From positions 5,506-37,505 of the forward strand of contig RHAI01000010.1 of NCBI GenBank assembly GCA_010028705.1: DNA of 32,000 nucleotides, written 5' to 3'. Positions 1-8,685 of the stretch are shown here, one piece after another (position 1 is the stretch's first letter; each line of letters begins with the position of its first letter). This DNA is from a bacterium (GTDB lineage: Bacteria > Margulisbacteria > Marinamargulisbacteria > SXXA01). The position numbers were made by a program, and so were the translations under genes. The notes under the pieces are model-generated. The model was not told where the DNA came from and did no database searches. It saw nothing but the letters and a program-made list of their open reading frames with translations.

Positions 1-289
1 ACATACCGTTCCTAGAATCATGAAGGTAAGAACGCCTTTTGAAAAACATTCTGAACGGTTGGGGCACCTCGCTTCCTGACAAATACTGTTCGGGACCTCG
101 GCTTGCAGGAGTTGAGAAAGTTGTCGGGTAGCTTTTAGTTTTCCGCCTGAGTGACGGAACCACTCTGGTAGTCGTTGTTGTGCCATCGGTGATGGGCCTC
201 CTCGATCTTCATTCATTTAGGTCTAAAGCTTACCATTTTTTAGGCATTTTGCGACAGCTTGGGTTCCAATGTATATTGTGTGAATAATT

Positions 290-1330
290 ATGAATCACAA
301 AAACCAGCCATTTTTCAAAAAATGGGGTCTACATGTCGTAATAGCTGCGGTCACAATCGTAAGTTTGGGAGGGGTAATGGGGTGTACCGCATATTTGCTC
401 CGACCGCGATCAACGATTGTGAAATTCAAAGTGTTGTATATTCCAAATGGATACAAGGCGAATGACATTGGGGACCTGTTGGTTAAAAATGGAATTATCC
501 GTAGTCAAGCCGCGTTCGTCATTTGGACCAAGATTTCCCGGAAGGACGCGCATTTGTGGGCAGGATATTATAATCTTAGCCCACACTTTTCAGTCCAATT
601 TATTACTCGGATTTTAACGGAGCATACGCCGTATAGCCGTTTAGTGCGCGTGACAATTCCCGAAGGGTATTCCTTACGCCAAATAGCGGGTACCTTGGAG
701 GACCACCAACTCGTTAATGCAGATGACTTTTTGAGGTATGTGCAATACGACGCTAAGCTGGACCTATTAGCGCAGTTTCCCTGGATGATGATGATCCCGA
801 CGCGAAATCTTGAGGGAGTATTGTATCCAGATACCTATTTATTTCCCCCTTCGGCCTCAAAACGTGTTGTTGTTAAGGCAATGTTGTCGGCATTTTCCCG
901 TCAGATTTTGCCTGTCTGGAATGCGTCTAGCTCAAACGCGACGCTTAATTTCTATGATACGTTGATTTTGGCGTCCATGGTCGAAAAGGAGTCGGTAATG
1001 CCGAACGAAATGTCGACGATTTCAGGCGTGTTCTATAATCGGTTAAAAAAAAATATGCCACTGGCATCCGATCCGACGGTGATATATTCGCTTGGACTGG
1101 ATTGGAAAAAGACAGTCTTCTACCGTGATTTGCGCGTCGATTCGCCATATAATACGTATCGAAGGCGAGGGCTTCCGCCGACCCCGATTTCGGCCCCCGG
1201 TTTGAGTTCGTTTAAGGCGGCCATTGCACCCGAATCAACCAACTACTTATTTTTTGTGGCGGATAAAAACAATTCTGGGAGGCATATATTTTCAACGACT
1301 TATTCCGCACATTTGTCGGCTCAACGGTAG
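290..1330 (+). CDS. mltG: Endolytic murein transglycosylase MltG (YceG-like)
   Basis: N-terminal TM/signal segment, then the family-typical 'MVEKESVMPNEMSTISGVFYNRLKKNMPLASDPTVIYSLG' motif and 'DSPYNTYRRRGLPPTPISAPG' near the C terminus. Confidence 0.93.
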   Translation: MNHKNQPFFKKWGLHVVIAAVTIVSLGGVMGCTAYLLRPRSTIVKFKVLYIPNGYKANDIGDLLVKNGIIRSQAAFVIWTKISRKDAHLWAGYYNLSPHFSVQFITRILTEHTPYSRLVRVTIPEGYSLRQIAGTLEDHQLVNADDFLRYVQYDAKLDLLAQFPWMMMIPTRNLEGVLYPDTYLFPPSASKRVVVKAMLSAFSRQILPVWNASSSNATLNFYDTLILASMVEKESVMPNEMSTISGVFYNRLKKNMPLASDPTVIYSLGLDWKKTVFYRDLRVDSPYNTYRRRGLPPTPISAPGLSSFKAAIAPESTNYLFFVADKNNSGRHIFSTTYSAHLSAQR

Positions 1331-2121
1331 TGGAATTATTGTTTGGCCTCGGTTTCGTCACGTATCTTTTGGTATTTTTAGCCGGAATTGTTGGTGGCTT
1401 AATTAATGCCGCGGCGGGTGGTGGTATGTTCGTTTTATTCCCTATGCTGATTTTTTGTGGGGTGTCATCTGTGTCGGCGAGTGCAACGACATCGATGGCG
1501 GTATTACCGGGGACAATGGCCGCTGCATGGACCTATCGACAGGCGCTGTCGCACTCGAAGCCCGCGGCGGTTTGGGTGGCAGTTTTTAGTGCGCTAGGAG
1601 GAATTATCGGCGGATATTTGCTGTTATGGATCGATAACCATTCGTTTGCACGATTGGCTCCGTTTTTAATGCTATTCGCAACCATTATGTTTACGATTAG
1701 CCCCTGGTTACAGAATTTGACGATGGTCTCAGGTCGACATCCGAGACGAGTGGCCGGTTTGAAAATTGCGGTTCTGTTGTTTTTGTTTGGTAATTTTATT
1801 TATGGTGGTTTTTTCGGTGCGGGAATGGGAATTATGATGTTAGCTGGTTTAACGCTCTATGGAATGACTGATATCCACACAATGAATGCGTTGCGGACGA
1901 TTGCGTCTGTCAGCGCCAATTCAATCGCCGGTATACTGTTCATTCACGCCGGAGTAGTGGATATGAAATTTTTGGCCCCACTGGCATCCGGAACAATTTT
2001 GGGAGGATTGTTCGGTAGTCGTCACTTTAGATCAGTTCGAAATGACTTGATGCGGCGGTCAATTACAATTTTGGCGTGGCTATTAACTGCACTTACCTTT
2101 GCCATGAGGTATTTGCGTTAA
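1330..2121 (+). CDS. TSUP/TauE-SafE family membrane transporter
   Basis: GTG start overlaps the mltG stop (TAGTG). Polytopic, Gly-rich helices ('AGIVGGLINAAAGGGMFVLFPML', 'GNFIYGGFFGAGMGIMMLAGLTL') typical of TSUP permeases. Confidence 0.85.
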   Translation: MELLFGLGFVTYLLVFLAGIVGGLINAAAGGGMFVLFPMLIFCGVSSVSASATTSMAVLPGTMAAAWTYRQALSHSKPAAVWVAVFSALGGIIGGYLLLWIDNHSFARLAPFLMLFATIMFTISPWLQNLTMVSGRHPRRVAGLKIAVLLFLFGNFIYGGFFGAGMGIMMLAGLTLYGMTDIHTMNALRTIASVSANSIAGILFIHAGVVDMKFLAPLASGTILGGLFGSRHFRSVRNDLMRRSITILAWLLTALTFAMRYLR

Positions 2122-2538
2122 TCCTGATAATTATCGAGTAAACATGGCTTGGTATTTGTGGTGCAGTTGCCCAGACTGTACCGAATGGTAATTTCATGGG
2201 TTATTGGAAGTGAGATTGAATCCGTAACTGTTATCGATCGGCACTAGGGCTTCTTGACGCAGGACCTGGATCGCTGGAAGGTTGCAGGCGCCGGTCGGAT
2301 TCCTTTTGCTAGTTTCTCAACGTAGTAGTGCACCGCGTCCGGTGTTTTATTCCAGTGGCATAGCCTTTTGTCATTGCTCGAGATTTTAATCGTACGATTT
2401 TAGCGATGCGTTTGTGACTGTCCCTGGTCATTGGGGAAGTTCAGCGATCCTGGATAGAGGGGGGCACTTTCCTTCTGCACTGAAGGCTACAAAACCATAA
2501 TAGCGGATTTAGTATACGTTGTGGCCATTCGTATGTCC

Positions 2539-2570
2539 CCGGGATATGTTTTCTGTAAAAACCATCCCGG
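2539..2570. terminator. Stem-loop just downstream of the recJ stop; possible terminator or 3' processing element
   Basis: CCGGGAT (2539-2545) pairs with ATCCCGG (2564-2570). Inner arms GTTTT/AAAAC continue the stem across a small internal loop. No clear T-tract, so an intrinsic terminator is not certain. Confidence 0.3.
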
Positions 2571-2588
2571 TGACTAAGGAATATGGCC

Positions 2589-4700
2589 CTATGATTCCGA
2601 TTTGGCGGTGTTTTGTGCAACCGTTGAGTTGGTTTGCTGAGGCGTGGTGCTTTGCGGTTTCTTTTTCTTTTTCCGACGTTTGCGTTTTCGTGACCCTATT
2701 CCTTGAGTATCTTCCGATCGGCGAATATCGAGAACGTTGAGGCGAAGAATATCCTTTGCATAGCGTCCACGACCCTTTTTTACCACTTCGATGAAGAAAA
2801 TAATATCAAAAGTACCGTAAGGATTGGTATTCACTAATTGGGAATATTTTTCCCACAATCCGAAGCCTACCGAATCGAGTCGGCGTTGGTTGGGTTGGTT
2901 TTTCCGTTGAGGACCTTCGGATACAGTAAATTCGACGTGAGGGGTTCGCGCTTCTTGGTATTTATTTCCAAACGCACGGCCACGGCTCAATGAGCAGCCT
3001 TTCAAGTAAAAAATTGGATAATCGAACGCCTGCCCATACGGCACCAACAAGTCTAATTTTTTAACGATTTCAAAGTTAATTTGCCCAAATCGAATCGTAT
3101 CTAGAATTTCATACGAATATTCGAATTGCTCCATCGTTAATTTTGCCATCTCGGTTCGGACTGCCTCAAGAAAGAATGGAACGTTCGACCGGTGGAGTGT
3201 GAACCCACAGGCTTGGGCGTGACCACCGAATGCATTGATGATTCGCTTGCCAAATTGAGTCGATACCTCAGTTTGGAATAATGGTTTCCCGAATTTTGTT
3301 TCGAATTCGTCGCCGACGGAGTCAATGATGTGGTACATGTTAATCGTGGGAATACTTCTAACAGACCCTCGAATGTAATCGCTCCCATCGTACTCGGTTA
3401 AAATCATTGCTGGGCGTAAAAAGCGATCTTTGAGCCGATCGGTGTCAATGCCAATGACGCCGGGATTCCAGTTCTTTCCCTGGACGATGATAATCCGATC
3501 AGTTTGAGGGTCAACTTGATTTTCGATCAATTCATCGATTTCGTCTTCAATTTTACTGGTAATAAATTTCCGTTTTTCATTCACTTCATCGACCACAGCG
3601 GCTTCACCAATGGCATCTCCCGTGGATTGAGTTCGAGCTTTTTTCTCCATGTCGAATACGGAAGTGAATTTTTCTAATATTTTCATTGCCATTTTCGCAT
3701 TTTTTTGGCCCGTTCCGATCAGTAATAGGTCGAGAACGATTCGCGAATCCGGAATGCCTTCATCACGGTCACCAATCCGGCCTGGAGCGTTGAGCCGAGG
3801 AACTATGGTTCGGCCTATCTCACGAGACTTCAATTCTTTGTAGTTGCTACGACTCACTTCTTTGAGTGCACGAAGCCCTTCCATTTGACTTCGATTCAAC
3901 GCATCGACCCCGCGGCTGACCAAGATTCGATTCATTGGATTTAGGAATGACATTCTGTCTGAAATTGTTCCCAGCGCAACGAGTGCCAGTAGGTAGTCAA
4001 GAAACTCCGGGGACGGCGTTTCTCCCATTTGGTCGAATACGGCTAAAACTAATTTGAACGCGACACCCGCTCCGGAAAGCCCTTTGAAGAAACTAGGACC
4101 TTCAAATTTGTGTGGGTTAACCAACGCTAACGATTTTGGGAGATTTCTACCTAAAACGTGGTGATCGCAAATGATGACGTCAAGATCCATCGAGTTTGCG
4201 TAATCGGTGGCTTCAACGTCTTTTGAACCGCAATCGGATGTAATGATGAGTTTGCATCCTAGTTTTTTGGCTTCATCAATAATTCGAGGCTGTAATCCGT
4301 GACCTTCTTTTGCTCGGGTCGGGAAGTCGTAAAAGGCTTCTCCACCCAATTCCCGAATGGACGCGACTAGGATTGTGCCTCCGGAGATTCCGTCAGCGTC
4401 AGGGTCGCCATTCACCATAATTCGCTCGCCATTTTTTAATGCTTCAACAATACGGTTGGTGGCTGCGGTTAGATCGGATTTGGACGTCAAGTCGGCATAG
4501 TCGGTGATCAGTGCCTCGGGCGGGGTGATAAAGTTTAATATTTCGTCATCTAAACCGTCTCCGATATTTCGGACCAATAACAGTCGGGCCAAAAGTGGGT
4601 CGATTTTAAATTTTTCGGCGTATTCCTGAATTTGTTGTTGATCAACCTCAACGATATGCCAACGTTCGCGATGCAAACTTTCTGTGACCTGGTTTTTCAT
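2589..4700 (-). CDS. recJ: Single-stranded-DNA-specific exonuclease RecJ (DHH/DHHA1) with a polybasic C-terminal tail
   Basis: Motifs 'NGDPDADGISG', 'IITSDCGSKDVE', 'DVIICDHHVLG', and DHHA1-like 'GHAQACGFTL'. About 700 aa. Confidence 0.88.
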   Translation of the reverse strand: MKNQVTESLHRERWHIVEVDQQQIQEYAEKFKIDPLLARLLLVRNIGDGLDDEILNFITPPEALITDYADLTSKSDLTAATNRIVEALKNGERIMVNGDPDADGISGGTILVASIRELGGEAFYDFPTRAKEGHGLQPRIIDEAKKLGCKLIITSDCGSKDVEATDYANSMDLDVIICDHHVLGRNLPKSLALVNPHKFEGPSFFKGLSGAGVAFKLVLAVFDQMGETPSPEFLDYLLALVALGTISDRMSFLNPMNRILVSRGVDALNRSQMEGLRALKEVSRSNYKELKSREIGRTIVPRLNAPGRIGDRDEGIPDSRIVLDLLLIGTGQKNAKMAMKILEKFTSVFDMEKKARTQSTGDAIGEAAVVDEVNEKRKFITSKIEDEIDELIENQVDPQTDRIIIVQGKNWNPGVIGIDTDRLKDRFLRPAMILTEYDGSDYIRGSVRSIPTINMYHIIDSVGDEFETKFGKPLFQTEVSTQFGKRIINAFGGHAQACGFTLHRSNVPFFLEAVRTEMAKLTMEQFEYSYEILDTIRFGQINFEIVKKLDLLVPYGQAFDYPIFYLKGCSLSRGRAFGNKYQEARTPHVEFTVSEGPQRKNQPNQRRLDSVGFGLWEKYSQLVNTNPYGTFDIIFFIEVVKKGRGRYAKDILRLNVLDIRRSEDTQGIGSRKRKRRKKKKKPQSTTPQQTNSTVAQNTAKSES

Positions 4701-4861
4701 AAGTCATTTATTCCTTTAGGTGTTAGATAAATATTAAAAGGTGGACCATTCGGGCAGATTTGCTGAATGTATCATTATCGATGGATTCCCGTTGGTTTGG
4801 GTGGATCCCCACCACCAATACGACATTTTAGCGGAGTAGTGTTTGGTTGCTCTCCGTTACT

Positions 4862-7465
4862 TTACTGGCTTAGATTGTAACTACCTTTAATCTTGCTGAC
4901 AACTTCAAAAAGATTTTTTGATATTCCCGGCGTGTCTAAAATTTCAGTAAGGACGGCATCAATTTTCGTTTGACGGGAGTAGTCGCATCGAGCGGCTCGC
5001 TGGAATGCAAGGGCAACCCGTGCGGCAATTTGTGGATTGTGTGGATCAAGGTCTCGAATCTGTTGACCCACCCACTGATAACCTCGCCCTGACGGGCAGT
5101 GAAAATGGGGTAAATTTTGGGCAAAGCTACCGACTAATGCTCGAAATTGATTGGGGATAAGTCGATCGAATTTGGGATGATTCCGTAACACTTCTACTCG
5201 GGCAGGTGTCGATCCATGACTCGAGCTGGCCTGAACGGTAAACCACTTATTCACCACTAAAGGCTCGTGCTGCCATTGAGCGAAATAGCGCTCAACAGCT
5301 TCAAGAGATTTGTCGGATTCGGCCGGGGTATTTAGGAGTGCGGATAAAGCGGCAAGTTGATCGGTCATATTTGATGCTGTTTGAAACTGTATCCAGGCGG
5401 TGTCAGGCGATAATTCAGATAAAAGACTGAGCAGGGTATTCCTAAGGCGTCTGTTGCCGATTTGTTCCGCGGTCGGTTTGTAATCGTCGACGGGGTGTAA
5501 CAACAGGTAACGGTCGTGGATCAACGTGTGAAATTTTTGAGCCACCCACTGGAACAGTTTGCGACGATTGTCGGTGAGTCGTTCGATATCAAATGTCGGG
5601 GTCAGCTCGAGCAATCGGTTGAGTGTGGGGAATTGCAAACAAGCCGCCGCTAACGCTGGGTCAATCGATGGATCCGCTATTAATCGGGCAATCGCGTTGT
5701 CAAGCGACGGGCTGACCGTCATGTCTCCATCGCTAATGAGTAGTGATTCATATAATTTTTGAGATGAATCGAATCGGTTGACCGGGTCGCAATCGTAACT
5801 AAGTAGATGAGCGAGCTGTTCGGTTGAATACGGGTAGTCATAGGTGACGGGAGCGCTTAAATTTTGGAAAATTGAAGTAGAAAAAATCTCTGATTCTGTA
5901 CTAATCGAGATGCTTTGGGTGGTGGTGGTCAGGATGACGATGGGTTGTGTACTGGGTTCTCCGGAATCAATGGTGACTACGCATGCGGCTCCCGATGGGG
6001 TGTAAAACTGCAACGATATTGGAATGACGAATGGTAATTTTTTAGTGGTTTCTGGGGTGTCACGACAGGTCTGGTCGAATGTCAGCCCCCGAAGTCTCGG
6101 CCCCTCGTATATTGGGGTTACGGTCACGTGGGGTGTCCCCGCTTGGTGGTACCATCGTCGAAATTGTGTGAGATCTATCGATGCGCCTTCTTCAATTGAG
6201 GTCACAAAATCCTCAGTGGTGACAGCTTGGCCGTCGTACCGATCAAAATAAATATCGGTTCCCCGACGGTAACCGGTAGTTCCGGCGATTAATGCCATCA
6301 TGCGGATGATTTCTGCGCCTTTATTGTATACGGTAGATGTGTAGAAATTGTTGATTTCGATGTACGACTTGGGCTGGATAGGATGGGCCATAGGCCCGGC
6401 GTCTTCGGTGAATTGAGCCTCTTTTAATGTGCGGACATCCGCAATTCGTTTTATCCCTCGTGAATTCATGTCGGAGGAAAATTCTTGATCTCGATAGACG
6501 GTGAGTCCTTCTTTGAGGGTTAACTGGAACCAGTTTCGACATGTAATTCGATTGCCCGTCCAGTTATGGAAATATTCATGGGCAACAACGCCCTCGATAT
6601 TCATGTAGTCGGCATCTGTGGCCGTTTTGGGATCGGCTAAAATATAGGCTGAGTTAAATATATTGAGGCCTTTGTTTTCCATAGCGCCCATGTTAAAGGA
6701 ATCGATGGCCACAATCATAAATCGATCCAGATCATATTCCCGTCCGTACTGCTGTTCATCCCAAGCCATGGCACGCTTTAAAGACTCCATTGCATAATGA
6801 CATCGGTCGCCAACCCCACGATCGGAGTAAATCTGGAGTAGAATGTTTCGCCCCGACATCGTCGTAAATTGATCCTCGATGACATCAAAATTTCCGGCCA
6901 CTAACGCAAATAAATACGACGGCTTGGGGAATGGATCCACCCAAGTTACCGAATGACGATTATTGTCCAATTCAGTTGATGCAACGGGATTTCCGTTTGA
7001 CAGCAGATATGGGAATTGAACTTTATCTGCAATGACGGTAGTGGTAAATCGGCTCATATTATCAGGACGATCGTAGAAATAGGTGATTTTCCGAAATCCT
7101 TCGGGCTCATTTTGCGTGCAGTAAGTATTTTTTACGAAATACAGGCCGTCTAATTCAGTATTGGTAATCGGGGAGATAATGGTTTCTACCGTGATCGTTC
7201 GGCGATTTGAAAACGGTGAGATGATTAATTCGTCGTTCACTAACTTCCATTCAATCGAGTCCACGTCACAGCTAATTGAACCGAATGTGATTTGTTCTCC
7301 ATTTAACCTCAGTGGCTGATTGTCCCAATGGGGGGATGGTTCGATTGTCATGCAATTAATCACCCGAGTCTGACTCGGATGAAGATAGACCGTCAGTTTC
7401 GTTTCCGGTATTAAGTAGGGGAGCTCTTTATAATCTTCAATGAGTATTGTCGATGGCGTGCTCAC
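4862..7465 (-). CDS. pepN: M1-family aminopeptidase N (E. coli PepN type)
   Basis: 'GAMENKGLNIFN' exopeptidase motif, 'VVAHEYFHNWTGNRITCRNWFQLTLKEGLTVYRDQEF' zinc-binding HExxH..E motif, full length 867 aa. GTG start. Confidence 0.96.
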   Translation of the reverse strand: MSTPSTILIEDYKELPYLIPETKLTVYLHPSQTRVINCMTIEPSPHWDNQPLRLNGEQITFGSISCDVDSIEWKLVNDELIISPFSNRRTITVETIISPITNTELDGLYFVKNTYCTQNEPEGFRKITYFYDRPDNMSRFTTTVIADKVQFPYLLSNGNPVASTELDNNRHSVTWVDPFPKPSYLFALVAGNFDVIEDQFTTMSGRNILLQIYSDRGVGDRCHYAMESLKRAMAWDEQQYGREYDLDRFMIVAIDSFNMGAMENKGLNIFNSAYILADPKTATDADYMNIEGVVAHEYFHNWTGNRITCRNWFQLTLKEGLTVYRDQEFSSDMNSRGIKRIADVRTLKEAQFTEDAGPMAHPIQPKSYIEINNFYTSTVYNKGAEIIRMMALIAGTTGYRRGTDIYFDRYDGQAVTTEDFVTSIEEGASIDLTQFRRWYHQAGTPHVTVTPIYEGPRLRGLTFDQTCRDTPETTKKLPFVIPISLQFYTPSGAACVVTIDSGEPSTQPIVILTTTTQSISISTESEIFSTSIFQNLSAPVTYDYPYSTEQLAHLLSYDCDPVNRFDSSQKLYESLLISDGDMTVSPSLDNAIARLIADPSIDPALAAACLQFPTLNRLLELTPTFDIERLTDNRRKLFQWVAQKFHTLIHDRYLLLHPVDDYKPTAEQIGNRRLRNTLLSLLSELSPDTAWIQFQTASNMTDQLAALSALLNTPAESDKSLEAVERYFAQWQHEPLVVNKWFTVQASSSHGSTPARVEVLRNHPKFDRLIPNQFRALVGSFAQNLPHFHCPSGRGYQWVGQQIRDLDPHNPQIAARVALAFQRAARCDYSRQTKIDAVLTEILDTPGISKNLFEVVSKIKGSYNLSQ

Positions 7466-7616
7466 TAGGGACTCCTTTGATTGCTGGGTGATTGGATTGA
7501 GATTTTATGCGGTTAGCGACGGTGTTTAAATGCCGCAATAGCCAGATAAATAACAGTCCATGGATGGAAAAGTAGGCGATGGCGCCGCCAATTAATACCT
7601 GACGAGGGGATATCAT
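7437..7616 (-). CDS. Putative 59-aa single-pass membrane protein overlapping the pepN start (not in the supplied ORF track)
   Basis: My reverse-strand translation: MISPRQVLIGGAIAYFSIHGLLFIWLLRHLNTVANRIKSQSNHPAIKGVPSEHAIDNTH*. ATG at 7616-7614, TGA at 7439-7437. One strong hydrophobic helix, and it fills the gap between the glycosyltransferase and pepN. No obvious Shine-Dalgarno. Confidence 0.4.
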   Translation of the reverse strand: MISPRQVLIGGAIAYFSIHGLLFIWLLRHLNTVANRIKSQSNHPAIKGVPSEHAIDNTH

Positions 7617-7676
7617 CGTCGGATTATACCGGGATGTGGGGCTATTCTTAAAGGGCTCGTCCGAGGTGCGGGGTGG

Positions 7677-8567
7677 TTATGTCGACGATCCGATGAGTCC
7701 GCTTAAGTAGTAGTATTCCTTTAAAAACCACACGGCGAATTGGTGCTTGGCGGGAGTTCTGGATTGCCGCCACGAGTCCATTTGTTTAAGCCACTTACCC
7801 TCGGCCGATGTTAACCGAAAAATAAGCTGCGACAACGGGTTTATTCCTAGAAATGTTTTTAATTCAGGATGTTTTTTGAGCATGATTCGTGCGGATTCAC
7901 CTTTTTTTACGTTTCGGTGAATTTCCTCGATTTCCGACACCACATGATAATGAAAATTAATCGCGTCTTTTAAATACACTAGTGGATGTCCACCTTGGGT
8001 TAACCGGTAGCCTAATTCAAGGTCTTCCCAGCCATAGCCTTGGAAGTCCATATCGAACCCACCATAAGCCTCAAATAAATGTTTTGGAATGGATAGATTG
8101 CCCGTCAAAAAGTAGTACCATCCCAATTTTGATCGGTCTTTAAAATTGCGATGAATATAGGGTGATAGTTTGGTGTCGACTGGGGGCCAATGTAACTCGG
8201 ACATATTTAAGGTGACGCCCTCAAAGCAGGTAGGAATTGTCGTGGCGTTATGGGCGGCTAAATGGGTACTCAGTAAGTGTGGATTGGGGATCATGTCGGC
8301 ATCGGTAATAAATATGTAATCACCTGTTGCTTCGGAAACGCCGCGGTTTCGTGCTCCAGATTTGCCGTTATTTTCTTGAATCACCGATCTAAATGAAAAA
8401 TCGGGATTAAACGTGCGTAATAGGTCATGGGTTCCATCTGTTGAACCTGAATCGACCACGATTAGCTCAAAAAGATGGGGGGAGAGTGTTTGGCTTTTAA
8501 AGCCATTTAAAACGCGAGAGAGTGCATCGCATTGATTTAAGGTGCCGATTACCACGCTAATCATCAT
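7677..8567 (-). CDS. Family 2 glycosyltransferase (GT-A fold)
   Basis: 'ISVVIGTLNQCDALSRVLNGFKSQTLSPHLFELIVVDSGSTDGT', 'NGKSGARNRGVSEATGDYIFITDADMIP' (DxD) and 'GGFDMDFQGYGWEDLELGYRL'. Confidence 0.9.
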   Translation of the reverse strand: MMISVVIGTLNQCDALSRVLNGFKSQTLSPHLFELIVVDSGSTDGTHDLLRTFNPDFSFRSVIQENNGKSGARNRGVSEATGDYIFITDADMIPNPHLLSTHLAAHNATTIPTCFEGVTLNMSELHWPPVDTKLSPYIHRNFKDRSKLGWYYFLTGNLSIPKHLFEAYGGFDMDFQGYGWEDLELGYRLTQGGHPLVYLKDAINFHYHVVSEIEEIHRNVKKGESARIMLKKHPELKTFLGINPLSQLIFRLTSAEGKWLKQMDSWRQSRTPAKHQFAVWFLKEYYYLSGLIGSST

Positions 8568-8585
8568 CGGGCGATTATACCAGCA

Positions 8586-8615
8586 TTTACTCTAGAATGA
8601 GTAATCCGATATTAT
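8586..8615 (+). promoter_or_regulatory. Candidate sigma-70-type promoter for the purL operon
   Basis: TTTACT (8586-8591), an 18-nt spacer, then TATTAT (8610-8615), in the divergent gap upstream of purL. By-eye match only. Confidence 0.3.
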
Positions 8616-8685
8616 TCTACTGGTTAAAATAAACGGCGTATCATGACCCCATAAATTGCTACCACGAGCTAAAAGGAATATTACA

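Noticed and set aside
2122-2588. Possible RNase P RNA on the minus strand ('GCAGAAGGAAAGTGCCCCCC' looks a little like GAGGAAAGTCCGGGC)
   Set aside because: The other invariant elements (the P4 partner ACAGAA...GGCTTA and the CR blocks) were not found, so not supported by eye.
2519-2740. 73-aa plus-strand ORF 'MWPFVCPRDMF...'
   Set aside because: Antisense to the recJ 3' end and the hairpin, with no recognisable domain and no SD. Likely a shadow ORF.
4791-4812. GGTGG-ATCC-CCACC inverted repeat between pepN and recJ
   Set aside because: Only a 5-bp stem with no T-tract. Too weak to call a terminator.
8656-8685. TTG-start extension of PurL (MLPRAKRNIT)
   Set aside because: ATG 8686 has a good SD at 8671-8678 and its product begins like normal PurL proteins.
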